NCBI GenBank assembly: GCA_964512925.1
Contig: CAZEKH010000003.1
Location: 16,772-80,771 of the forward strand
Reading direction: 5' to 3'
From: an uncultured Candidatus Saccharibacteria bacterium
Lineage (GTDB): Bacteria > Patescibacteriota > Doudnabacteria > UBA920
Length of the DNA stretch: 64,000 nucleotides
Positions 12,199 through 19,757 of this stretch are shown here, piece by piece (position 1 is the stretch's first letter; each line of letters opens with the position of its first letter). Below the pieces are notes generated by a model. That model was not told the origin of the DNA. It saw nothing but the letters and a program-made list of their open reading frames with translations, and did not search any database. The position numbers were made by a program, and so were the translations under genes.

Positions 12199-12404
12199 TT
12201 TGTTAAAATATAGTGTTGATCTGCGCCAGTTGGTTCTTTAACGATTTTTAGATAACCTTTTTCTGCCAGGGATATGAGAAGTGAAACAGAGTCTGATCCT
12301 ATTGGTGTATAGTACGTTTCTTGATTTGGTTGCAAATCAAGCCCCGCTAAAAATTCAGCTTCTACGCTTGATAAACTTTCCTGCGAAATTTTTTCTTGCG
12401 GCAT
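12195..12404 (-). CDS. Small hypothetical protein, possibly partial winged helix
   Basis: 69 aa, coupled to both neighbours; LLISLAEKGYLKI...HYILT. Confidence 0.55.
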   Translation of the reverse strand: MPQEKISQESLSSVEAEFLAGLDLQPNQETYYTPIGSDSVSLLISLAEKGYLKIVKEPTGADQHYILTK

Positions 12405-12405
12405 A

Positions 12406-12915
12406 TTATTTTCTAATCGGCATTAAGTACTTTTTTGGATTTTCATCCAAATCTATAAAAAAGTCTGTAAGCTCTTTTATTTTATGTGAACAGGATTTGC
12501 CAAACGCCAGAGTTTCAGTAAACTGACCGGTCATTTGTAAGTATTCTAAAAGCGGGACATAGTCCCCGTCGCCGGAAGCTAGAACCACCACATCAAGCTT
12601 GTTCATCATTTTAACTATATCCATCGCAATGCCCACATCCCAGTCCCCTTTTTGGTGCCCGCCGGCAAAAGTTTGGAGTTCCTTTACTTTGACCTCGAAG
12701 CCGGCTTTCTGCAAAGCGTCAAAAAAATTTTGTTCCTCGGGCATATCTGCTTTCACCACATAAGCTATGGCGCGTATAAGTCTTCTGCCGGCCACAGCCG
12801 CGTTTAAAACCTCGTTAAACTTCACCCTGGCGTTGTAGATGTTTCTGGCAGAATAGTACAAGTTCTGCACATCGACAAACACGCCTACTCTTTGGTCCGG
12901 ATTTCGTATTGGCAT
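12406..12915 (-). CDS. NYN domain protein (LabA/DUF88)
   Basis: VFVDVQNL, KGDWDVGIAMD, LASGDGDYVPL. Confidence 0.92.
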   Translation of the reverse strand: MPIRNPDQRVGVFVDVQNLYYSARNIYNARVKFNEVLNAAVAGRRLIRAIAYVVKADMPEEQNFFDALQKAGFEVKVKELQTFAGGHQKGDWDVGIAMDIVKMMNKLDVVVLASGDGDYVPLLEYLQMTGQFTETLAFGKSCSHKIKELTDFFIDLDENPKKYLMPIRK

Positions 12916-12930
12916 AAAAAAAGTTTAGAT

Positions 12931-13245
12931 TTATAAAATAGTTACTTTAAATTTTTTTTCTGGCAAAATTTCAAGAGTTAATCTGCCAGCTTTTTGTAAA
13001 TTTTCTAAGTGTGTAAGTACTAAATCCGAATATTTTTCACGTACATCAACAAGACCGCAAATTTCTTCAAGTGTATAAACTTTATTTGCAAGACTTATTA
13101 AAAGGAATTTTTTTATACGCCCATCTGCTTCGCGTTTAAATCTTTTTTCAGAAAGTTCTTGTCTAATTTCTTTTGGTAAAGATAAAAATTGGTCAGCTGC
13201 ACTTACAACTTTTAGATACATTTTTTCCGGATTTATATTTGGCAT
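12931..13245 (-). CDS. Hypothetical protein, possibly winged helix
   Basis: 104 aa, tightly packed; YTLEEICGLV...VLTHLENLQKAGRL. Confidence 0.55.
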   Translation of the reverse strand: MPNINPEKMYLKVVSAADQFLSLPKEIRQELSEKRFKREADGRIKKFLLISLANKVYTLEEICGLVDVREKYSDLVLTHLENLQKAGRLTLEILPEKKFKVTIL

Positions 13246-13246
13246 A

Positions 13247-14263
13247 TTATTGAACTAATTTTTTTTGATCAATAACCTCTGTCTCCATCTTTAAATGCGC
13301 TGCATTGGTTATGCTGTGTTGGAGTTTTGAATAGTCATTGGTTACCGTGCTCATAGTGTTGTTGGCATTGACAATGTGCTTGCCCAAAACTTCCAGGTTG
13401 CGGCCGAATTTTTCTGACTCCTGTTTGATGCCAGTGATCATTGCCAGGATTTGCTGCGCCATTTTGTTGATTTCTTGGCCGCGCAAAGAAACTACTATGT
13501 TTTGGAGGTAAATAAACAAACTGTTTGGAGAAACCGGCATCACTCTTTTTCCCCTGGCATAGATCATCACCTCTTCATCAATGATAATTTCCTGGTAAAT
13601 GCCTTCAGACGGGACATACATAAGAGAAAAGTCAAAAGTTCCTTCTTGGGGTAAAATATATTTTTTATGAATTTCATCAATTCGTTTTTTTACATCTTTT
13701 AAAAACGCTTTGCGCAAAACTTCGGCCGATTCGTCACTTTTAGCTTCTTTCATCAGTCTGAAATTTTCCATACTGAATTTGGAGTCGATCGGGAGTATAT
13801 TTTCACCGACTCTTATGATCGAATCCACAGTCTCACCATTTTTAAATTTATATTGCATCTGGTAGCCGCCCTGAGGTAGGATTTGGGCGAGCATATTTTC
13901 CAGCATTTCCTCGCCGAAGTTGCCACGCATTTTTGGGCTAGCCAAAGTCTCGGTCAGTCTTTTGATGTCAGGGCCTATTTGAGACATCTGCCCCAGTTCT
14001 TTACCCAGGGCGCCGATGTATTTAGCCGCGTTGTCCAGCCTTTCATTGATAGCTTTTTGAGTTTCGTCCAGGGTTTTTTGCATCCCTTCCCGGGTGGACT
14101 CGGTTGACTGCTTCATTTCGCGCATCCATTCCATCATAATCTTTTGAGCTTGGTCTTCCTGGGGCTTTTCCAGACTTTTTTTCAGATTAAGTAAGAAAAA
14201 TACCAAAGCGGCAAAACCAAGAAATATTATTGTGGAAAAAATGTATAAGTAAGTAGAATTCAT
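13247..14263 (-). CDS. rmuC: DNA recombination protein RmuC
   Basis: N-terminal TM and coiled coil; RGNFGEEMLE, PIDSKF, KKYILP..TFDFSLMYVPSEG. Confidence 0.92.
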   Translation of the reverse strand: MNSTYLYIFSTIIFLGFAALVFFLLNLKKSLEKPQEDQAQKIMMEWMREMKQSTESTREGMQKTLDETQKAINERLDNAAKYIGALGKELGQMSQIGPDIKRLTETLASPKMRGNFGEEMLENMLAQILPQGGYQMQYKFKNGETVDSIIRVGENILPIDSKFSMENFRLMKEAKSDESAEVLRKAFLKDVKKRIDEIHKKYILPQEGTFDFSLMYVPSEGIYQEIIIDEEVMIYARGKRVMPVSPNSLFIYLQNIVVSLRGQEINKMAQQILAMITGIKQESEKFGRNLEVLGKHIVNANNTMSTVTNDYSKLQHSITNAAHLKMETEVIDQKKLVQ

Positions 14264-14312
14264 ATCAAAATTATAACAGATTTAGGGTTTTTTAGGAAAA
14301 TTCACCTAAGTC

Positions 14313-14346
14313 TTGACAATTATCACTCTCGGGTGTAGAGTGATAA
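14313..14346 (+). promoter_or_regulatory. Sigma70 promoter overlapped by a CIRCE-like (HrcA) operator
   Basis: TTGACA 14313-18, 17 bp, TAGAGT 14336-41; perfect inverted repeat TTATCACTC-N9-GAGTGATAA at 14320-14346 upstream of hsp20. Confidence 0.8.
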
Positions 14347-14471
14347 TATAAAAAGAATTAACGCCCGATTGGCATCCTGCGTTTAGAGGGGGGAAAAGTA
14401 GCGCAAAGTTTTCGCGAAGTCTATCCCTCCTTTAGCCACAGAGAGCCAATATCGGGCAAGAAAGGAAATGT

Positions 14472-14879
14472 ATGGTAAATTTAGTGCCAAGTTCTTTCTT
14501 TAATTTTCCTAGAGTTCCTTCACTCTGGGATGAAGACGAGGATTTTTGGAGTATGTCCTCTACCCCCTCAGGGTTGACTGTTTCCGAGGATGAAAAGAAT
14601 GTATATATAGAAGCCCAGGTTCCGGGCATTGATCCAGACAAGGTGGAAGTTACTTATGACAAAGGTGTGTTGTGGGTCAGGGGTCAAGAGGAACAGGAAG
14701 AAAAACAAAAGAAGTTTTATAGGAAAGCGGCTTCTTCGTTCTCCTACCGCGTTGCGGTTCCAGGAGATGTAGATGAAAATCAGGAGCCAACAGCCACCCA
14801 CAAAAACGGAGTTATGCGTATAACCTTTCACAAACGCCCTGAAATCCAGCCAAAGAAAATTACGGTCAGGAAAGAGTAA
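14472..14879 (+). CDS. Hsp20/alpha-crystallin small heat shock protein
   Basis: VSEDEKNVYIEAQVPGIDPDKVEV, FSYRVAVP, ATHKNGVMRITF. Confidence 0.93.
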   Translation: MVNLVPSSFFNFPRVPSLWDEDEDFWSMSSTPSGLTVSEDEKNVYIEAQVPGIDPDKVEVTYDKGVLWVRGQEEQEEKQKKFYRKAASSFSYRVAVPGDVDENQEPTATHKNGVMRITFHKRPEIQPKKITVRKE

Positions 14880-14885
14880 AAAACT

Positions 14886-14915
14886 TTAAAACCCAGGATA
14901 AATTCTGGGTTTTAA
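14886..14915. terminator. Bidirectional terminator after hsp20
   Basis: TTAAAACCCAG...CTGGGTTTTAA. Confidence 0.7.
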
Positions 14916-15102
14916 TAAACTTCCTCGTCCCTTTACTATTCTACAGAAAGAAATTGCCCCACTTTTTTGCAAAGTGAGGCACTTTCTTTATGGCGGACTT
15001 CAGCGGACTTCCGCCAGAGGCGAATAAACATCTCGTCCCTTTACTATCAAGCAATAATAAAATACCTAAGCACTAAGCCAAGGTATTTTATTATGGCGGA
15101 CT
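14914..15102 (-). repeat. Tandem duplication of the tRNA-Asp 3' end and trailer
   Basis: CTCGTCCCTTTACTAT at 14924-39 and 15032-47; TTATGGCGGACT at 14988-99 and 15091-102; a hairpin in each unit; family A palindrome at 15010-24. Confidence 0.75.
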
Positions 15103-15170
15103 GAACGGGACTCGAACCCGCGACCTCTCCCGTGACAGGGGAGCGCTCTAACCAACTGAGCTACCAGTCC
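15094..15170 (-). tRNA. tRNA-Asp(GTC)
   Basis: GGACTGGTAGCTCAGTTGGTTAGAGC...CT GTC AC...GGTTCGAGTCC...GTCCGCCA; full cloverleaf, encoded CCA. Confidence 0.96.
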
Positions 15171-15290
15171 GTATTTATTTTTAATGGCTGTGCCATGAAC
15201 TTGAGCAAGCTATATACAGCCCTGAACTACTCACCATAAATGTCTCTAGTATAGGGCATAAACTATCCTAAAAGATTTGCGAATAGTTTA

Positions 15291-15349
15291 TGGTGCCGGG
15301 AAAGGGAATTGCACCCCTGATCCGCCTATGGCGGACTTATGTACCCCGC
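15291..15349 (-). pseudogene. 3' half of a Met-like tRNA joined to a family A palindrome
   Basis: CATAAG-TCCGCCATAGGCGGA-TCAGGGGTGCAATTCCCTTTCCCGGCACCA; T arm, acceptor 3' strand and CCA present, no D arm. Confidence 0.75.
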
Positions 15350-15369
15350 TAAAAGAATTGTTTTCTTTT

Positions 15370-15446
15370 TGGTAGCGGAGAGTGGAATTGCACCACTGAC
15401 CTTGGGCTTATGAGTCCCACGCTCTAACTAACTGAGCTACTCCGCC
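15370..15446 (-). tRNA. tRNA-Met(CAT), elongator type
   Basis: GGCGGAGTAGCTCAG...CT CAT AA...GGTGCAATTCC...CCGCTACCA; T loop TGC variant, 31:39 mismatch. Confidence 0.9.
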
Positions 15447-15460
15447 AAAAAATTTACTAA

Positions 15461-15514
15461 TCCGCCTCTGGCGGACTATGAGTCCCACGCTCTAACTAAC
15501 TGAGCTACTCCGGC
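15461..15514 (-). pseudogene. 5' half of tRNA-Met (through the anticodon) joined to a family A palindrome
   Basis: 15477-15512 is identical to 15409-15444 (36 bp); begins GCCGGAG, followed by GTCCGCCAGAGGCGGA. Confidence 0.8.
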
Positions 15515-15575
15515 TCTCATAAAATAACTAACAAAAAACCTGCGGACAGCAGGAAAAGGCTGTCACAATAATTTT

Positions 15576-15879
15576 TGGTTGCGGGACCCGGACTCGAACC
15601 GGGAATCTCAAGGTTATGCATACCACTACAATTTTCATTGCTTTGCTTGGCAAATTTGTGGTCTGGACTTTATCTTCACCATAGCTTTTTGCTTTAGGTG
15701 TCTGCCATTAAGTCTCTACGCCTTTCCCAAAAATATTTTGGGACTTGGTTCGGGATTACCATTTTACAGGCTTCCCCGAATTTGACAGAATTCACGGCTA
15801 AATTTCTTATGCCGCAGCCCATTGCGAGATTAAAATCTCTAACTCGAGCCTTGCGAGATGCCAATTTCTCTATCCCGCG
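15576..15879 (-). tRNA. Initiator tRNA-fMet(CAT) split by an intron (exons 15879-15847 and 15618-15576)
   Basis: Joined exons give CGCGGGATAGAGAAATTGGCATCTCGCAAGGCT^CATAACCTTGAGATTCCCGGTTCGAGTCCGGGTCCCGCAACCA with the C1:A72 initiator mismatch. Confidence 0.93.
15619..15846 (-). ncRNA. Group I self-splicing intron (IC3-like, 228 nt, no internal homing-endonuclease ORF)
   Basis: Follows U33 and ends in G; IGS AUGGGCU; P3 UCUGUCA/UGGCAGA; P AAUUCGGGGAA, Q AAUCCCGAAC, R GUAGAGACU, S AAGAUAAAGUCC. Confidence 0.92.
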
Positions 15880-16117
15880 ATACAGCAATTTTTAGGTATT
15901 GCCTACCTGCGCCAGTCTTAAAATATTTTTCCCTGATCTTAGCTTCTTTTAAAGTTTTAAATTCTTCAAAATAAACCAATTTCCAAGGACCTTTATTTCT
16001 AGTGTAGGAAGGAAAATCAATATTAGTATTATGTTGTTCCAGTCGTTTTATAACATTAGAGGATACCCCTTTGTATAGTAAACCTTGTGGATTTTGAATT
16101 ACATAAGCAGTAAACAT
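15839..16117 (-). CDS. Small GIY-YIG nuclease (UPF0213/SLX1-like)
   Basis: FTAYVI...LYKGVSSNVIKRLEQHN...YTRNKGPWKLVYFEEF...EAKIREKYFKTGAGR. Confidence 0.9.
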   Translation of the reverse strand: MFTAYVIQNPQGLLYKGVSSNVIKRLEQHNTNIDFPSYTRNKGPWKLVYFEEFKTLKEAKIREKYFKTGAGRQYLKIAVSRDREIGISQGSS

Positions 16118-16133
16118 AATTTAAAAATTACGA

Positions 16134-16175
16134 TCCGCCATGGCGGAGAGATGCCAATTTCTCTATCCCGCGATA
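16134..16175 (-). repeat. Duplicated 5' end of tRNA-fMet plus family A palindrome
   Basis: 16148-16175 is identical to 15855-15882 (28 bp); TCCGCCATGGCGGA at 16134-47. Confidence 0.88.
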
Positions 16176-16192
16176 TTTTTCTCACCTCAATA

Positions 16193-16221
16193 ATTATACA
16201 GTATTATTAATTTTTTTGCAA
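16193..16221 (-). promoter_or_regulatory. Sigma70 promoter of the tRNA/GIY-YIG cluster
   Basis: TTGCAA (16221-16216), 17 bp, TATAAT (16198-16193). Confidence 0.65.
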
Positions 16222-16258
16222 CATAAAACCACTTCAGTTTTGGAAGTGGTTTTATGTT
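16220..16258. terminator. Intrinsic terminator
   Basis: AACATAAAACCACTTC...GAAGTGGTTTTATGTT. Confidence 0.7.
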
Positions 16259-16290
16259 CTCGCGTATAGCGGGAAAGTGCAAAGCGAAGC

Positions 16291-16365
16291 TTAGCGCTTC
16301 TTTTTCTTGGCGCCGCCTTTTTTCTTGGCGACTTTCTTCTTTGCAGTTTTTTTCTTGGTAGCCAT
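16291..16365 (-). CDS. 24-aa lysine-rich peptide MATKKKTAKKKVAKKKGGAKKKKR (absent from the ORF track)
   Basis: ATG...TAA in frame, mixed AAG/AAA codons, GGGAG upstream, terminator downstream. Confidence 0.7.
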   Translation of the reverse strand: MATKKKTAKKKVAKKKGGAKKKKR

Positions 16366-16523
16366 TTTGGGCTAGTCTCCCTGGAGTCTTAACTGAATTT
16401 TGGCTAAGCTCCATTAATTTTCTACAGCTCGGATATAAATTCCGAAGGAGTAGCTGATTTAGATTTTTCTTTTGCTCTGATTTATTTTCGTTTCTGTAAA
16501 GAAATATTATATTGCAGCTTTCT

Positions 16524-17252
16524 TTATATATTGTAAGAACTTTTGAAATGTTTGTCAAGCAAATTTTTGTCAACCAAAATATTTTTTAACAATAATTTAT
16601 TTTTTTTTGATTTTAGTTTTTCAATTTCCTCTGCTATTTTATTTTTACTAATATATTTTTGTAACAAATCAAAACTATTTTTTATTTGTAAAAATGCCGT
16701 AGGATCTAAATTTAAACCCAGTTCCAAACTCAACCTTAGAGCCCTAAGCATCCGTAAAGGGTCTTGCAATATCCTATTTTTTGGATTTCCTACAAACTTA
16801 ATTGTTTTATTTTTTATATCTTTAACCCCGCCGTAAAAGTCCAGAATTTTTTGGTTTTTTGGGCTGAAATATAAGGAATTTATAGTAAAATCCCGCCGGC
16901 TTGAATCTGTTTTTGCGGATGTAACGAATTTTATTTGAGGAAACCTACTGCCTGTATAGGTTTCCGATCTAAATGTGGCAATTGCGGCTGTAAGTTTTTC
17001 AGATAGAGCCACTATTACCCCGAAATTTTTATAACCTGAATTAAAATTAATAAAATATTTTTTCAAAATAAAAGCAACCTCTTCCGGGGTTGCGGATGTA
17101 GCTATATCAATGTCCTTTGCGGTTTTTAAAAGAAGAAAATCCCTGGTTGTGCCACCGACAAAGTAGGTCTCAGGAAAGTTTTCCACAAGCGCCGAATAAA
17201 TATTGAAGCCGAATTTTTCCAGTTTTGTTTTTGGTTTGAAAGAAAATTTCAT
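16524..17252 (-). CDS. cca: CCA tRNA nucleotidyltransferase family protein (short)
   Basis: YFVGGTTRD..KDIDIAT, RRDFTINSL, QDPLRMLRA. Confidence 0.85.
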   Translation of the reverse strand: MKFSFKPKTKLEKFGFNIYSALVENFPETYFVGGTTRDFLLLKTAKDIDIATSATPEEVAFILKKYFINFNSGYKNFGVIVALSEKLTAAIATFRSETYTGSRFPQIKFVTSAKTDSSRRDFTINSLYFSPKNQKILDFYGGVKDIKNKTIKFVGNPKNRILQDPLRMLRALRLSLELGLNLDPTAFLQIKNSFDLLQKYISKNKIAEEIEKLKSKKNKLLLKNILVDKNLLDKHFKSSYNI

Positions 17253-17332
17253 ATATCAAATATACGGATGAAGAGAAATATATGAATAATATTTATTACA
17301 ATCCGAAATTTGTTTAATCTGTAAATTTGATA

Positions 17333-17785
17333 TTATTGTTTAAATACGCCTTCCCCTGTCAGAGGATTTTTTCGGTGGCTGTGTTTTTTTGCAAAATTCA
17401 ATCTGGAAAGCGATTTTTCTAAAGCAGCTGCTACTTTAGCGTACTCAGCATCATTGGTTTTTACTTCGGAAATGGCCTTCTGAGCTCTTTGTTTGGCATT
17501 TTCAGCTCTTTGCGCGTCCAGTTCATAAAAATGTTCAGCCGCATCGGCCAGAACTATAACCTCAGAGTTAGTTTTGACTTGGACAAACCCGCCTGACACG
17601 TGGATAAAAAAGTCATCAGCGCCGGTTTTAGCGTGAAGTTCGCCTGGAACTAAATTGGCAACCAAAGGTTCGTGGTTTGGCAGAATGGTTATTTGTCCCA
17701 AGCTTGTCGGACAGCTTAAAGAAGCCAGTTCTTGGGAAAGCACGGTGCGTTCGGGGGTAACTAGTTTGAAAGTTATAAAGTTCAT
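17333..17785 (-). CDS. atpC: F-ATPase epsilon subunit
   Basis: LVTPER, ILPNHEPL, VSGGF, VLADAAE. Confidence 0.95.
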   Translation of the reverse strand: MNFITFKLVTPERTVLSQELASLSCPTSLGQITILPNHEPLVANLVPGELHAKTGADDFFIHVSGGFVQVKTNSEVIVLADAAEHFYELDAQRAENAKQRAQKAISEVKTNDAEYAKVAAALEKSLSRLNFAKKHSHRKNPLTGEGVFKQ

Positions 17786-17797
17786 AAAGTCTATTGC

Positions 17798-18253
17798 TCT
17801 ACTAAATACTAAATTAACTAAAGTACTAAACTACAAATTTACAAGCCTTTTAAATTTAACACCTGAATTTGTAAAATTTGCTAAAATACCAAGCTTGATT
17901 TTAGAAGCTTTTAAATAATCGTTAACTTGTTTGATATTTTTTAAACCAAAATTTTCGTTCTTTTTTATCTCAAGTATTATTTGAGCTCCAGCAATTTGTA
18001 TCAGGAAATCTAAATAGTATATACCAATGTATTTTTCTTCATAGTATATTTTTATTGGAACTTGTTCTTTGAACTCAACACCTGCATTTTTCAAACCGAC
18101 TGCAACAGCTTTTTGGTAATGCTTTTCAAGCAAATTTCCTCCAAGTTCCTTATAGACATTATACAAAATGCCAACTATTCTGTAACATTCATCTTTATAA
18201 ACTAAATCCACTTTATTCATTTTAGTATTTTAGCGGTTTTAGTATTTAGTAGA
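17798..18253 (-). mobile_element. GxxExxY gene cassette bounded by 33-bp inverted repeats
   Basis: 17798-17830 and 18221-18253 are reverse complements at 28/33 positions and abut the stop and start codons exactly. Confidence 0.6.
17831..18220 (-). CDS. GxxExxY family protein (PD-(D/E)XK-like)
   Basis: VYKELGGNLLEKHYQKA, YYLDFLI, ILEIK, QVNDYLKAS..KLGILANF. Confidence 0.88.
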   Translation of the reverse strand: MNKVDLVYKDECYRIVGILYNVYKELGGNLLEKHYQKAVAVGLKNAGVEFKEQVPIKIYYEEKYIGIYYLDFLIQIAGAQIILEIKKNENFGLKNIKQVNDYLKASKIKLGILANFTNSGVKFKRLVNL

Positions 18254-18256
18254 AGG

Positions 18257-19696
<1,440 letters not shown>

Positions 19697-19757
19697 TTAA
19701 TAAAATTATTTAAAATTATAAATTTACTAAAAATTGAAAATTTAAAATTATAAAATT

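Noticed and set aside
15579-15895. ORFs 15579-15785, 15694-15888 and 15698-15895
   Set aside because: Shadows of tRNA-fMet and its group I intron; no recognisable endonuclease motif
14914-16175. CRISPR array or prophage att site suggested by the direct repeats
   Set aside because: Repeats are tRNA fragments of different types with no regular spacing; no cas, integrase or phage genes in the window
16187-16573. 128-aa ORF in the track
   Set aside because: Non-ATG start inside cca and crosses a terminator and a promoter; the 24-aa basic ORF in another frame explains the signal better
17831-18220. Diversity-generating retroelement or IS element around GxxExxY
   Set aside because: No reverse transcriptase, TR/VR pair, transposase motif or evident target-site duplication
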